Source of the DNA: Squalus acanthias
Taxonomy: Eukaryota
Direction of reading: 5' to 3'
Assembly (NCBI GenBank): GCA_030390025.1
Contig: CM059433.1
Span: 992,001-1,056,000, forward strand
DNA: 64,000 bases
Shown here one piece after another: positions 1-13,044 of this stretch (position 1 is its first letter; the number at the start of each line of letters is the position of its first letter). The translations under genes and the position numbers were made by a program. A model generated the notes under the pieces. The model was not told the origin of the DNA. It searched no databases and saw only the letters and a list, made by a program, of their open reading frames with translations.

Positions 1-660
1 TAGAGGTGACAGTCAGTGGCCGAGAGGAGGTTTGAAAGACTTTTACTGAGTTTGAAGGTTGGAGATAAGTTCTTGGAGGTATCTCTGCTTTATTCTGAAG
101 AGATGGTGGTCTCATTCTTAAACCTGCCGGTTTATATTGAGGACAATGTACTAATAAAAAAGTTGGAGTCGTGGGACATTAAAAAAAAGGAGATACTATC
201 CAGGAACACGGGTAGCAGATGGAACCCATTATGTAAAGGTGCGGTTTCCAGATGGGGTGAAGTCATTGCCGTATAGCATGAAATTTGAGACAATGGAAGG
301 AGTGCAGTACTTTCAGGTATTGCATGATAACCAGGTGAAGGTTTGTTATTATTGTCTTGGACACGACCATCTTGTAAGAAGCTGTCTGGACTTGTACTGT
401 TATAACTGCGGCGAGTCTGGACACATCGCTCGGTGTTGCAAGGCAGAGAGCTGTGGGGTGTGTCACAAAGGCCCCACCGGCTGTCAGTGTGAGGCAGAAG
501 GAAGCACCCTTGAGTGATGAGATGGGAGAAGGAGAAGGAGAAGGAGGTGTGAGTGGAGCAGCTGGAGGAGTGGAGCAGGCAGAGGACACAGCTGGTGAAT
601 GGAAGGAGAAAAGAGTGCAGGAAGAGGTAGAAAATTGCAGAGCAGAGAACAGGATGGAGA
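1..660 (+). pseudogene. Tx1/L1-type non-LTR retrotransposon ORF1 (gag-like, CCHC zinc knuckles; ZCCHC3-like) fragment, frameshifted
   Basis: ORF 16.. joins across the A-run at 181-188 to KRRYYPGTRVADGTHYVKVRFP...VLHDNQVKVCYYCLGHDHLVRSC-LDLYCYNCGESGHIARCC, which has two CX2CX4HX4C knuckles; an acidic tail follows. Confidence 0.75.
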
Positions 661-661
661 T

Positions 662-895
662 GGGAGTTCTCCCCGGTGTCCTGGCCAATAATTATCCCTC
701 AATCAACATCACTAAAACAGATAATCTGGTCATTTTCACATTGCTGTTTGTGGGAGCTTGCTGTTTGCAAATTGGCTCCCACATTTCCTACATTACAACA
801 GTGACTACACTCCAAAAGTACTTCATTGACTGTAAAGCGCTTTGGGATGTCCGGTGGTCGTGAAAGACGCTGTATAAATGCAAGTCTTTCTTTAT
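662..895 (+). mobile_element. 5'-truncated tRNA-derived SINE (Deu-domain/SacSINE1-like), L2-type 3' tail
   Basis: Matches the 3' half of the full copy at 24066-24680; ends ...GCTGTATAAATGCAAGTCTTTCTTT. Confidence 0.85.
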
Positions 896-965
896 GTAAA
901 GAAATGTTTTCTAACCACCTTTTTAATTCTTTTGTGATCATCTTACATTTGTGCTAAAAGGTATT

Positions 966-1721
966 GGCCGCAAAATTCGGATTGTTTGTGCCTCCTGTTA
1001 GCGCCTGGCAGGGGCACTAACAGGGCGCTAAGGGTTAGCGGCGAATGCAGCGACGCCCGCGAACTTCAGTGCCGGTTTAGCGCTGGCGCCAACTCTTACC
1101 ACCTGGGCCTCTAGCACCTCGCAGATCGTGACGTCATCAAGTGCGCAGCGCCCCATTAGCGCCCAGATATGAAATTAACTTTCGCCCCCTGCATTATCGC
1201 CTTGCGCTGACAACGGCAGCAAGAGGAAGCGTTCTGAAGTCAGATGGCCGTTTCGGGAGCGATAATTAAAGGGAATGCTTATCAGATCGCTGAACCGTTA
1301 TTATTTGCACCAGTCTGGTGCCGGCGCAAAGCTTTCACTCTTTCATTGTTCCAGGATGTCCAAGCCCTCCACTTGGTGACAGTGTTTGGGGCTGTATTGC
1401 CAGTCGCCTTGCAAGACTGCAGTGCCGACAAATAGCTTCTGGTGCTGGATTGTTCCTTCCCTTTAAGCGAGGGAAGCAGCCTCTGTGATTGAAGAGTGCT
1501 GGCTGGAATGCGCTGCAAATCGTCTCGCGCTCTGCCGGTACCGCCCCGCTTTCCGACTTTAGCACCCTAAGAGAAGTGGTAGCGCTTGATTTAGCTCCAC
1601 TTCCCTCTTGGAGCGCTACAACTGAATTTCTCGGGAACCTATCATCATTAGCGCCTGGCGCTAATTTTTCAGCTTTCGAAGTTTTAGCGCCCCAAACAGG
1701 GCTATAATGAATTTCTCCCCC
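966..1721. mobile_element. Non-autonomous PIF/Harbinger element (MITE)
   Basis: Ends GGCCGCAAAATTC / GAATTTCTCCCCC; ATT on both flanks (963-965, 1722-1724); many TAGCGCC subterminal motifs. Confidence 0.8.
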
Positions 1722-1855
1722 ATTGACTCATTAGTCAAGACAACTAGGATCTTTACTGTACTACTGACAGTGATCCTTCACCTGACTTGTGAATATTATT
1801 GGATGGTTGGAAGGACAATTGGGCACCTAGACAGTTGACTATTTTAAGGAGCTTT

Positions 1856-2748
1856 GGGGTAGAAATTAGGTCGCGCCCCATTTGGGGCGCAAATATCGTC
1901 TGGACGCAAATATTAGCGCCTGGCGCTAATTATCGGCACTGACTGGAAACTTCACTTTTACCGCCCCGGGAGGTGAGTGGAGCGCTAAATCAGGTGCTGC
2001 ACACCTGTCTTAAGGCGCAAAGGCCAAGGAGTGAGGCGCTACCTCAGAGCGCTGGCGAAGCTCATGTAATGTCAGTCAGCAATGGAACACACACACAATG
2101 GCACGGGCCAGTTCTTAAAGGGGATGGTTAATCTTGCTTTCCATCCACATCCTGTTCATTGCAGCCTTGAATCTCGGCCTGGAGAGACTTGCACATCAAA
2201 TGTGATGGAAAGAACAATGGAGAGTACCAGGCAAAGAGCTCAGAGTGCAGCTCCCACAGTCTCTGCTAAATCGATACAAGGAATGGCAAATCAAAATGAA
2301 CCTGCAAAGTGCTGCTCAGTACCCAAAACTCCTTCACACAACGTTGAATCTCTCCAGAAGTCTCTCCCTCTCGCTCTCAGAATGCGTAGTTCAAAAATGC
2401 CACCAACAATAAAAGACAGGAAGAGGCCCCCTTTAAATAGCGCCCCCCCCAGCTCCACAGCGATTGATAGCGTTCCAGTCTTCTGGTCGTTGGATGCGCC
2501 AGGCGGTAAGGCAGGGGGCGCCACTCAATTTCCGCTCTGGGGCGCCACAAGGGCGTTGCACCATGGAATGACGTCACAATCTGCGCGCGCAGGTGGTCGC
2601 AGCGGTAAGTTTTAGCGCCGCCGCACAATGTCAAGTTAAGTTCCCGAGCGGCGCAAACATCACTGCGCCCGGGCGTTAGCGGCTTTGCGCCCCATTAGCG
2701 CCCTCTTAAGGCGCTAACGGGAGGCGCAACCAACTGAATTTTTACCCC
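1856..2748 (+). mobile_element. 893-bp Harbinger-type MITE, copy 1
   Basis: Ends GGGGTAGAAATT / AATTTTTACCCC; TSD TTT; near-identical same-length copy at 27264-28156. Confidence 0.92.
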
Positions 2749-2941
2749 TTTACATTTAAAGGGGGTGTTATCACCACTGAAACATTTTTTTGCTAATCTT
2801 TGTATACAAATTACACAAACAACATCATCTTCAAATATTGCATCTGCTGTGTTGGAAACTGTGTCAGTGGCCAAAATAACAGCTCCAAAATACAATTTTC
2901 CGACCATGCTATTCTCGGAGCTGGGCCTCCCAAAACTCTAC

Positions 2942-5921
2942 GGCCATGAAATTCAATGTTACAGCGCCGGTCGTTAAGATCGGTTTTCTTGAAAAAATGT
3001 TGACCTCCTCGCTTCCGCCCGCTTCCGACATGGGACACGGCGGTCGCCATTTTGTACGGGCTGGCAGCGCTGCTGTTGCCTATGTTCGCCTCTCCAACGT
3101 AAATGTACAAATCGTGACGTCGATTGGCGTGCAACTGCGATATGCGATGTCGCTGCACTCGATACCGCCCTCTCCTAACTCGAAACCACCCTCTCCTAAC
3201 TCGATACCACCCTCTCCTAACTCGATACCTCTCTCTCCTAACTCGATACCGCCCTCTCCTAACTCGATACCTCTCTCTCCTAACTCGATACCGCCCTCTC
3301 CTAACTCGATACCGCCCTCTCCTAACTCGATACCGCTCTCTCCTAACTCGATACCACCCTCTCCTAACTCGATACCGCTCTCTCCTAACTCGATACCACC
3401 CTCTCCTAACTCGATACCTCTCTCTCCTAACTCGATACTGCCCTCTCCTAACTCGATACTGCCCTCTCCTAACTCGATACCGCTCTCTCCTAACTCGATA
3501 CCGCCCTCTCCTAACTCGATACCACCCTCTCCTAACTCGATACCACTCTCTCCTAACTCGATACCACTCTCTCCTAACTCGATACCGCTCTCTCCTAACT
3601 CGATACCGCCCTCTCCTAACTCGAAACCATTCTCTCCTAACTCGATACCGCTCTCTCCTAACTCGAAACCACCCTCTCCTAACTCGATACCACTCTCTCC
3701 TAACTCGATACCGCTCTCTCCTAACTCGATACCACTCTCTCCTAACTCAAAATCGCCCTCTCCTAACTCGATACCACCCTCTCCTAACTCGATACCACCC
3801 TCTCCTAACTCGATACCACTCTCTCCTAACTCGATACCACTCTCTCCTAACTCGATACCGCTCTCTCCTAACTCGATACCACCCTCTCCTAATGCGATAC
3901 CACCCTCTCCTAACTCGATACCTCTCTCTCCTAACTTGATACCTCTCTCTCCTAACTCGATACCACCCTCTCCTAACTCGATACCACTCTCTCCTAACTC
4001 GATACCACCCTCTCCTAACTCGATACCACCCTCTCCTAACTCGATACCACCCTCTCCTAACTCGATACCACCCTCGCCTAACTCGATACCACTCTCTCCT
4101 AACTCGATACTACCCTCTCCTAACTCGATACCGCTCTCTCCTAAATCGATAACACCCTCTCCTAACTCGATACCACCCTCTCCTAACTCGATACCACCCT
4201 CTCCTAATGCGATACCACCCTCTCCTAACTCGATACCTCTCTCTCCTAACTCGATACCTCTCTTTCCTAACTCGATACCACCCTCTCCTAACTCGATACC
4301 ACTCTCTCCTAACTCGATACCACCCTCTCCTAACTCGATACCACCCTCTCCTAACTCGATACCACCCTCTCCTAACTCGATACCACCCTCGCCTAACTCG
4401 ATACCACTCTCTCCTAACTCGATACTACCCTCTCCTAACTCGATACCGCTCTCTCCGAACTCGATACCACCCTCTCCTAACTCGATACAACTCTCTCCTA
4501 ACTCGATACCACTCTCTCCTAACTCGATACCGCCCTCTCCTAACTCGATACCGCCCTCTCCTAACTCGATACCACTCTCACCTAACTCGATACCACTCTC
4601 TCCTAACTCGATACCTCTCTCTCCTAACTCGATACCACCCTCTCCTAACTCGATACCACTCTACCACTCTCTCCTAACTCGATACCTCTCTCTCCTAACT
4701 CGATACCACCCTCTCCTAACTCGATACCACTCTCTCCTAACTCGATACCGCCCTCTCCTAACTCGATACCGCTCTCTCCTAACTCGATACCACCCTCTCC
4801 TAACTCGATACCACTCTCTCCTAACTCGATACCGCCCTCTCCTAACTCGATACCGCTCTCTCCTAACTCGATACCGCTCTCTCCTAACTCGATACCGCTC
4901 TCTCCTAACTCGATACCACTCTCTCCTAACTCGATACCGCTCTCTCCTAACTCGATACCGCTCTCTCCTAACTCGATACCACCCTCTCCTAACTCGATAC
5001 CACTCTCTCCTAACTCGATACCACCCTGTCCTAACTCGATACCACTTTCTCCTAACTCGATACCACCCTCTCCTAACTCGATACCACCCTCTCCTAACTC
5101 GATACCACTCTCTCCTAACTCGATACCACTCTCTCCTAACTCGATACCGCTCTCTCCTAACTCGATACCGCTCTCTCCTAACTCGATACCACTCTCTCCT
5201 AACTCAATACCGCTCTCTCCTAACTCGATACCGCTCTCTCCTAACTCGATACCGCTCTCTCCTAACTCGATACCGCTCTCTCCTAACTCGATACCGCTCT
5301 CTCCTAACTCGATACCGCTCTCTCCTAACTCGATACCACCCTCTCCTAACTCGATACCACCCTCTCCTAACTCGATACCGCCCTCTCCTAACTCGATACC
5401 GCTCTCTCCTAACTCGATACCACCCTCTCCTAACTCGATACCACTCTCTCCTAACTCGATACCACCCTCTCCTAACTCGATACCGCTCTCTCCTAACTCG
5501 ATACCGCTCTCTCCTAACTCGATATCACCCTCTCCTAACTCGATACCGCTCTCTCCTAACTCGATACCACTCTCTCCTAACTCAATACCACCCTCTCCTA
5601 ACTCGATACCGCTCTCTCCTAACTCGATACCACTCTCTCCTAACACGATACCACCCTCTCCTAACTCGATACCGCTCTCTCCTAACTCGATACCACTCTC
5701 TCCTAACTCGATACCACCCTCTCCTAACTCAATACCGCTCTCTCCTAACTCGATACCACCCTGTCCTAACCACACACGGAACAACGTGCGTGCAGCAGTT
5801 GTACAGAGACGCTGTCAACGCTTCTTAAAGGGACACACACATCTTTCAGCTTTTGGAGTGTTCTTTTATATTTTGTTGGAGTAGGGGCCTGGTATTTAAA
5901 AAGTTGTTAACTTGTGCATGC
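2942..5921 (+). mobile_element. Probable left arm of a Harbinger element, containing the 21-bp array
   Basis: Starts GGCCATGAAATTC (same 13-bp terminal pattern as other elements); GC/CpG-rich; CTTAAAGGG motif at ~5824 as in the other Harbinger arms. Confidence 0.5.
3157..5770 (+). repeat. 21-bp tandem array, about 124 units, consensus CTCTCCTAACTCGATACCRCY
   Basis: Directly visible; 8-bp phase slip (TACCACTC duplicated) at 4654-4669. Confidence 0.98.
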
Positions 5922-7364
5922 AGAACATAAGAACATAAGAAATAAGAGCAGGAATCGGCCATTTGTCCCCTCGAGCCTGCTCCGCCATTCAATAAGATCA
6001 TGGTTGATCTTCTACCTCATCTCCACTTTCCTGCACTGTCCCTATATCCCTTGATTACCTTAATATTCAAAAATCTATCGATCTCTGTCTTGAATATACT
6101 CAATGACTGGGCCTCCACAGCCTACTGGGGTTGAGAATTCCAAAGATTCACCACCCTCTGAATGAAGACATTTCTCCTCATCTCAGTCCTAAATGGCTGA
6201 CCCCTTATTCTGAGACTGTGACCCCTGGTTCTAGACTCCCCAGCCGGGAGAAACATCCTCCCCACATCTACCCTGTCAAATCCTGCAAGAATTTTGTATG
6301 TTTCCATGAGATCACCTCTCATTCTTCTAAACTCTAGAGAATATAGGCCTAGTCTACTCAATCTTTCCTCATAGGACAATCCCCCCATCCCAGGAATCAG
6401 TCTGGTGAACCTTTGTTGCACTCCCTCTATGTATATCCTTCATTAGGAAAGGAGACCAAAACTGTACCCAATACTTCAGGTTTGGTCTCATCAGGGCCCT
6501 ATATAATTGCAGTAAGACATCTTTACTCTTATACTCAAATCCTCTTGTAATAAAGGTCAACATACCATTTGCTTTCCTAATTACTTGCTGTACCTGCATG
6601 TTAACTTTCAGTGATTCATGTACAAGGACACCCAGGTCCCTCTGAACACCAACATTTCCCAATCTCTCCCCATTTAAAAATTACTCTGCTTTTCTATTTT
6701 TCCTGCCAAAGTGGATAACTTCACATTTCTCCACATTATATTACATTTGCCATGTTCTTGCCAATTCACTTAGTCTGTCTATATCCCCTTGAAGCCTCTT
6801 TGTATCCCCCTCACAACTTACATTCTCACCTATCCAAATACACCACATCCACTGGTTCCCCCTTATCTATTCTGCTAGTTACAACCTCAAAACTCTAACA
6901 GATTTGTCAAACACGATTTCCCTTTCATAAATGTTGACTCTGCCCAATCCTATTATTATTTTCGAAGTGCCCTGTTACCACTTCCTTAATAATAGAGCAT
7001 AGCATTTTCTCTACTACTGATGCCAGGCTAACTGGTCTGTAGTTCTCCGTTTTCTCTCTCCCTCCTTTCTGAAATAGAGGGGTTACATTTGCTACCTTCC
7101 AATCTGCAGGAACCGTTCTAGAATCTATGGAATTTTGGAAAATGACAACCAATGCATCCACTATCTCTATAGCCACCTCTTTCAAAACCCTAGGATGTAG
7201 ACCATCAGGTCCAGGGGATTATCAGCTTTCAGTCCCATTAATTTCTCCAGTACTTTTTTTTTACTAATACTAATTTCTTTCAGTTCCTCATTCTCGCTAA
7301 ACCCTTGGTTCTCCACTATTTCCGGAAGGTTTTATGCCTCTTCTTCTGTGAAGACAGACACAAA
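5922..7364 (-). mobile_element. CR1 LINE, 3' part of ORF2 (RT) and 3' UTR, degenerate
   Basis: VPADWKVANVTPLFQKG, NYRPVSL, RDLGVLV, YSLEFRRMRGDL; tail repeats AGAACATA at 5922-5940. Confidence 0.93.
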
Positions 7365-7894
7365 GGGCTTGATTTTGCCAGGCCCGAGGAGGTGGGATTG
7401 GAGGCGTGTGAGGTGTTAAAATCACAAAAACTGGCGGGCGGGCCCGATCCCACCTCCATCCCGCCTCCGAGCAATTTTCCCACATGCGAGTTTTCTGACC
7501 CCGTCTCCATCCCGCCTCCAAGAGGCGGGATAGGCCATTAAGGCCCTTAACAACCAGTTAAGTGCCTCTATAATCCCATTTTGAGAGGCCTTTCTGATTT
7601 TAACAGTTTTCCCCTGTGCTGCACGCCTCCTCTGGAACATGCCAGTGTATCCTGGTGGCCTCACAAGTGGACTGCTTACTAACAGCTGCAGCTCCACCAT
7701 TAAAAAGGAGTTTTCATCAATCATCATTTGCAGGTGGCAGAACTTTGTTGTCTGAGGTCTGGGGGAACTTTTTACAGGCCTACTCATTGTTGTAGAAGTT
7801 TGGAGCCTGACACCCATCTCCAGTGTGACCTCCTGGGAAACCCCTCTCCCCACCTTGAATGAGCGCTTCCTCAACTGAGGTATATACCAGAAGA

Positions 7895-9132
7895 ATGGGA
7901 ACCATTTATTTCCTTTCCACCTGGACATCAGATTCGGATGAAGACCAGCCGCGGCAGCAGCAGAACCCTGAACAACAGCAGCACCAACTGCAGGAGCAAC
8001 AGCAGGAGCTCCAAGCTGCTGCTCACCCACCTGAAGCTGCACAGGCCAGAAGGCACCAGCGCATGGAAGCACGTCGCCGCAGGAGATACCCCCAAACAGG
8101 GTCTACAGACAGAGGATCACCTACCTCAACATGACTGAGCAGCAGTGCCAAAGGAGGCTCAGACTTTCGTGAGACGTAGTGGGTGACATCTGCGCAATGC
8201 TGCAACAAGACCTGGAGCCCAGAGGACCAGGTGGATACCCCTTACCAGTGGCCGTCAAAGTCACCACCGCACTCAACCTTTTTGCTTCAGGCTCATTCCA
8301 GGGATCAGCAGCAGACATCAGCGGCATCTCCCAGGCGGCCGCACACACTTGCATCACGCAGGTAACCGATGCCCTCTTTGCCATCGCGCACAATTACGTC
8401 AACTTCTCCAAGGATCTAGCAAGTGTAACTGCGCATGCGGTTGGGTTTGACAATCTGGCAGGCTTTCCAAGGGTGCAGGGCATCGTTGACTGCACACATG
8501 TGGCCCTTAAATCACCCCATCACAATCCAGGTATTTTTGTCAACTGCAAGGGCTTCCACTCCCTCAACGTACAGCTGGTGTATGACCACAAGAAGGAAAT
8601 TTTGCATGTTTGTGCCAAGTACCCTGGCAGTTGCCATGACTCCTTCATCCTGCGCCAGTCTAGTGTGCCTCTGCTCTTCAGTCCGCCAGACCAACTTTTC
8701 GGATGGCTACTTGGAGACAAGGGCTATCCCCTGAAGACGTGACTAATGACGCCGTTGAGGAGGCCATCCAACGAAGCTGAGGAGCGCTACAACTCCAGCC
8801 ACATTTCCACCAGATCCATTATCGAGCAAACCATCGGCTTGCTGAAGATGCGCTTCAGATGCCTTGATAGATCAGGTGGAGCCCTGCAGTACTCAGCAGC
8901 CAGGGTCTCCAGAATCGTCGTGGTCTGCTGTGCACTTCACAACATGGCACAGCATCGTGGCTTGCAGATGCCTGAGGTACAAGTGGCTCATCGCATAGCC
9001 TCCTCAGATGAGGAGGAGGAGGAGAGCGACAACGACCAGCTTGCGGAGGCGCATCAACCAGCGGCAGCAGCACGCGAGCACATTACTGCCCGGGATGCAA
9101 GGCACGCACTCATCTTGGCCAGATTTGCTTAG
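7895..9132 (+). pseudogene. Harbinger DDE transposase (HARBI1-like, DDE_Tnp_4) with frameshift and in-frame stops
   Basis: [66 protein letters not shown] at 8170 and 8740; frameshift near 8090-8130. Confidence 0.93.
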
Positions 9133-9388
9133 CCTGCCCAATCAAACACTTTTGCCTCGCAGCTTCTTACCAGAGCATCGACAATGGCCAAGAACCTGCG
9201 GTTCCTACCACTCTGTCCACCATACTGACAATTGCAAGTCATCCTAAGCCCTCAATGTGGAAGTCCCATTAGCGATATGACACACGCCACAACTGCAACA
9301 GTTGACATCAGAATTTTTAATGACAATAACCAACTGATGGATTTTCAACATTAAACATAACATTTCACCCAAGTGACTACCCTTGTGA

Positions 9389-12330
9389 CTACTTGTGCAT
9401 TATCTTCCTCTTACGCGTGCTCCTACGTGGTGCTTTCCCTGTGGCTTCAGCAGATGTGGAGGCCCCTTGCTCACTTTCTTGCTGCTCCTGTCTCGACACC
9501 TTTGGTGGGCGTCCTCTGGGGTTGCGAACCTGTGAGGGCTCGGCAACAGTCTGCTGCTCCTGCGGCTGTGCAGGGGCTGAGATGCCCATCTCAGTTGGAT
9601 GGGGACTCTGGTGGGGCTCTGACCGAGGACTTTGCAGTGGCATGGTCGTGTGAGTGCTTGGAGAGGAGCCCCCACTTCCTTGTTGTCTGCCACCAACATC
9701 CCTCTCATGGGTCAGCCCCACTTCAGAGCTAGCAAGTGGCTTGACAGCACCTTGCTGCACTTCAGGAGGGCCATGAGGACCCGTTTCTGTACTGGAAGTC
9801 CTACTCCCGAGGACTTGCCTGAAGGTCTGGTTTGTTTGTTCAAGTGTTGACCATCGCTCCTCAAGAGATGTCAGTCTATTCTGAACAAATACCATGTTTT
9901 CAATACCCTGGCGACTAAGCTCCTCCATGGACGTAGCCATCCTCTCCTCTACCGTAGCCATCCTCTCCTCACGGTAGCCAGCCTTACCATGGAGGTAGCC
10001 ATCCTTTCCACAGAGGTTGCCATCCTTTCCGTGGTGATGCGTTCATGCGCCAACGCCTCTACAAAGGCTCTGCTCATGTTCGCGATGGACTCCTCCATTC
10101 GCTCCACACTCGCAGCGACCCTGGAGACAAAACCTGCCAGAGACTCCTGCACCTGTTCCTAGAGTTCCAGCACCGCTCTTCTTCTGGATGGACCCAGAGG
10201 CACAGGGTCGACATGCAGCCGAGCCGAGCTGGCAGAGTCCTGCTTCCTCCAACTAGGACTCTCCACTGCTGTCCCTGTCTCCACCATCTGCTGATGCTCA
10301 CTTGTGAGCTGCGATACACCAGGTGACAACACTACACTATCTCGCGAAGGTACCACCGAGGTGTGCGTGTCCGCGCTGGTGCTGGGTGCGCTGAATTCTG
10401 CTGACGCTGCGCCCTCAGAGGTTGCAGCTTCCTCTGAGGAGTCTGGAGGCTCAGGCTGTTCCTCCTGGATAGTGGGGACGGGGGCTTTCGATTGTCCTGT
10501 GGGGGAGTAAAGGAAAGAGTCAGAGATGTGAGGTCAAGGTTACATGCACATTGAATATTGCAGATGATCAAAAGTCAATCTGTTAGAGCATCAGAATCAT
10601 TATCAGTGACTCATGCAATGTCAATGAGAGAGATGATAAACTATTCTGTCACCAGCTTGCTCTGATGCGCCCATCTGTCCGTCCCCCACTTACGCATCCT
10701 CCTCCACTCCCACGATCTCCAGGGCCGCCTCCTCCCAGGGGGTGAGCTGGGCTACTGAGGGTGGCCCTCCTCCTGTCCTCGCTCTTTCCCTCTTATTGTG
10801 AGCTCTCTTTTCCTGCAATGAGGGAGACAAGTGGAGTTTGAGTGAGAATGAAGGAGTGAGTGTAGAGAATCCATATCATTGATGGTTCGAAGGAGACAAA
10901 GATGGAGTGAGGTGGCAAGACCAAGGGCCCTCCCTGTGTGTTGTAAGTTGTTTTCATAGCATCACATTGATAGGGAGTGTGAGGGCTGCATAGTCGAATA
11001 GTTAGGTGAATGTAACCATAGAGAGAGAGGGAATTGGTAAGGGTGCAGGGATGTCAGTGTCAAGTGGGATGTGGAGGAAGAGGTTGTCAAAGCTGAGTGC
11101 TGGTGAGGAGAGGCAATTGGGATCAGATTGAGGGTGATGGCAAAGTCATACTCACTTTTCCAGTGCGCAGAATGTCATGAAACCTCTTCCTGCACTGCAG
11201 CCAGGTTCTGCAGCACATAGACAAAGAGTTGACCTCCTGGGCCACTTGCATCCACACAGCTTTAGTCTGCTGGGGAGGCTTCTTCCTCCCTGAGTAGTAT
11301 CCAAGTTTGCTGATGATACAAAGATGGGAGGAAAAGCAGTGAGTGAGGAGGACATAAAAAACCTGCAAAAGGACATAGACAGGCTAAGTGAGTGGGCGGA
11401 AATTTGGCAGATGGAATATAATGTTGGAAAGTGTGAGGTTATGCACTTTGGCAGAAAAAATCAAAGAGCAAGTTATTATCTAAATGGAAAGAAACTGCAA
11501 AGTGCTACAGTACAAAGGGATCTGGGGGTCCTGGTGCATGAAACACAGAAGGTTAGTATGCAGGTACAGCAGGTGATCAGGAAGGCCAATGGAATCTTGG
11601 CTTTTATTGCAAGGGGGATGGAGTATAAAAGCAGGGAAGTCTTGCTTCAGTTATACAAGGTACTGGTGAGGCCACACCTGGAATACTGCGTACAGTTTTG
11701 GTTTCCATATTTAAGAAAAGATATACTTGCTCTCGAGGCAGTTCAGAGAAGGTTCACTCGGTTGATTCCGGAGGTGAGGGGGTTGACTTATGAGGAAAGG
11801 TTGAGTAGGTTGGGCCTCTACTCATTGGAATTCAGAAGAATGAGAGGCGATCTTATCGAAACATATAAGATTGTGAGAGGGCTTGATCGGGTGGATGCGG
11901 GGTGGATGTTTCCACTGATGAGTGAGACTAGAACTAGGGGGCATAATCTTAGAATAGGGGGCTGCCGTTTCAAAACTGAGATGAGGAGAAACTTCTTCAC
12001 TCAGAGGGTAGTAAATCTATGGAATTTGCTACCTCAGAGAGCTGTAGAAGCTGCGACACTAAATAACTTTAAAACGGAGATAGACAGTTTCCTAGCTGAT
12101 AAGGGAATTAAGGGTTATGGGGAGTGGGCAGGGAAGTGGACGTGAGTCTAGGTTCGGATCAGCCATGATCCTATTGAATGGCGGAGCAGGCCCGAGGGGC
12201 CATATGGCCTACTCCAGCTCCTACTTCTTATGTTCTTATAAGAGCACCTCCTTATTTCCTCTTGCTCCCTCCACCAGAGCTTGCAGGGCGGCGTCGCCAA
12301 ACCTCGGTGCAGACTTTGGCCTACTGCTGA
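9389..12330 (-). pseudogene. Harbinger Myb/SANT-like DNA-binding partner gene, 3 exons, exon 1 split by a CR1 insertion
   Basis: Exon 1 APRFGDAALQALVEGARGNKEVL (12241-12315) continues after the insert as GRKKPPQQTKAVWMQVAQEVN...RTWLQCRKRFHD then GTGAGT donor (~11155); exon 2 ~10812-10651 EKRAHNKRERARTGGGPP; exon 3 ~10497-9389 ending RRSTRKRK; start codon not pinned. Confidence 0.82.
11298..12240 (+). mobile_element. 5'-truncated CR1 LINE (RT C-terminus and 3' UTR), open frame
   Basis: Begins [11 protein letters not shown] 11324-12145; tail TTCTTATGTTCTTAT. Confidence 0.95.
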
Positions 12331-12614
12331 AAATATTGGCTGGAGGAATCTATCACAACAATGGGCATAAGGTTTGCAGTCTGCAGAAGAAGCAAGGCTG
12401 CTTGCAGGCCTTAAATCCAGCAGCATTGATGACATAATCGGAGGTGACTTTCAGGATGGAAAGACTAATTGGGCCAGGGGTTCCCACACGCTGGAAATCA
12501 AGTGACCAATTAGCAGAAAATCGCACTTTTTTCCCACATCAAATTGGAGTCGGGTGGCTAACACGAAAAGCGGCTGACACGACCCCAGCCCGCCCCAATG
12601 GCAAAATCGAGCCC

Positions 12615-13044
12615 AAAGTATTTGTTTTATTTCTCTGCCATTTCCTTTTTCCCCATTATAATTTCTCCTGTCTCAGCCTGTAAGGGACTCACATTTACTT
12701 TCGCTAATCTTTTCCTTTTTACATACCTATAGAAGCTTTTACAGTCTGTTTTTTGTCTCGCTAGTTTACTCTCATATTCTATTTTCCCTTTCTTTATCAA
12801 TTTCTTGGTCCTCCTTTGCTCAATTCTAAAATCCTCTCAATCTTCAGGCTCACTATTCTTTTTGGCAACATTATAAGCCTCTTCCTTTGATCTAATTCTA
12901 TCTTTAATTTCTCTTGTTAGCCACAGTTGGACCATTTTTCCCGTGGTGTTTTTATTCCTTAAGGGAATGTATCGTCGTTGCGAATTATGAATTATTTCTT
13001 TAAATGTTTGCCATTGCTTTTCTAATGTCATATCTTTTAATCTA
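12615..13044 (-). mobile_element. Continuation of the CR1 at 5922-7364 (ORF2 linker region)
   Basis: Joins across the Harbinger TSD; EKQWQTFKEIIHNSQRRYIPLR...WLTREIKDRIRSKEEAYNVAK. Confidence 0.85.

Larger units (their letters stand above)
7365..12614 (+). mobile_element. Full-length two-gene PIF/Harbinger transposon (disabled), inserted in CR1
   Basis: TIR GGGCTTGATTTTGCCA / TGGCAAAATCGAGCCC; TSD AAA; removal restores CR1 GAAGACAGACAC-AAA-GTATTTG. Confidence 0.93.

Noticed and set aside
1..660. Host ZCCHC3 or CNBP gene
   Set aside because: Frameshifted, truncated by a SINE, and typical of Tx1-type ORF1
2082..2615. 177-aa ORF intact in both MITE copies
   Set aside because: About 8 amino-acid changes versus about 3 silent changes by eye, consistent with neutrality; the copies are simply young
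3157..5770. CRISPR-like array
   Set aside because: Units are contiguous with no unique spacers, there are no cas genes, and the context is eukaryotic
7895..9132. Domesticated host HARBI1 gene
   Set aside because: Has stops and a frameshift and lies within TIRs with a TSD
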